From positions 35,607 to 64,943 of the forward strand of contig JARRRI010000024.1 in assembly GCA_037380845.1 (NCBI GenBank): DNA of 29,337 nucleotides, given 5' to 3'. Below, piece by piece: positions 28,908 to 29,337 of the stretch (position 1 is its first letter; the number at the start of each line of letters is the position of its first letter). A model generated the notes under the pieces. The model had not been told where the DNA came from. It did no database searches and was given only the letters and a program-made list of their open reading frames with translations. Source of the DNA: Candidatus Sulfobium sp. GTDB taxonomy: Bacteria; Nitrospirota; Thermodesulfovibrionia; Thermodesulfovibrionales; UBA6898. The position numbers were made by a program, and so were the translations under genes.

Positions 28908-29337
28908 TTCTTGTCCCTCCTTCCGATGTTCCTATTTTTAATATTGAAGTTAACCAGTTATTGGATAGTTAACCCCATAACGCCGGCATTTTTCATTCTC
29001 TTCAATTCATCAAGATGTTGTGTCGGGTGACTACTTGATTTATCGTATTATCACGGTAGACGAATATTACTTTTGTAATGTTATCGGGTTTTCCGTCTGA
29101 CATTACGCCCCCTTACCTCCCTTATACTCCGGCTAGGGACCGCTGTCAAGAAAAAACGTTGATTTCCGGTCGTAAGCTCTGGCCGACAACAGGCTTGAGA
29201 AAAGGACGTACAACTGGAGTCGAATGATCTTCTACCAGAGGAATGGTATAAGACGATGACGGACCTTCCTCCGATATTCCGTATATCCGGCGAGATTCTC
29301 AACGAGAAAACTTTCCTCATCATAGAGCCGCCAGATC

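Noticed and set aside
29200..29337. Plus-strand reading 'LLPEEWYKTMTDLPP', faintly like a TrpB2 N-terminus
   Set aside because: Too short, lacks a proper start, and is cut by the window edge.

Overview
Bacterial window with three parts. (1) Positions 1-12460 (+ strand) hold a sulfur-oxidation locus. It runs soxW(partial)-soxX-soxY-soxZ-soxA(diheme)-soxB with no soxCD. Next come an orphan tandem PhnD-fold periplasmic binding protein, a sensor kinase and a sigma-54 response regulator. A sigma-54 promoter with two candidate activator sites then precedes YeeE/YedE transporter-DUF302-TusA-porin. (2) Positions 12460-15000 (- strand) hold housekeeping genes yjbQ-pdxA-rsmA-rpsU. rpsU loses S21 similarity at codon 40, exactly where it merges with the porin terminator. 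(3) Positions 15300-29337 are an accessory region: an AraC-linked aldehyde/oxidoreductase cluster with several deletion and frameshift scars, then co-oriented minus-strand genes separated by degenerate attC-like repeats. The best candidate for an undescribed system is a three-component sulfur-oxyanion sensor (binding protein, kinase, sigma-54 activator) controlling a porin-to-cytoplasm sulfur import relay linked to a SoxCD-less Sox pathway. The host may be Nitrospirota/Desulfobacterota-like, but this is a weak inference from the S21 sequence. All calls come from motif recognition by eye; no searches were run.
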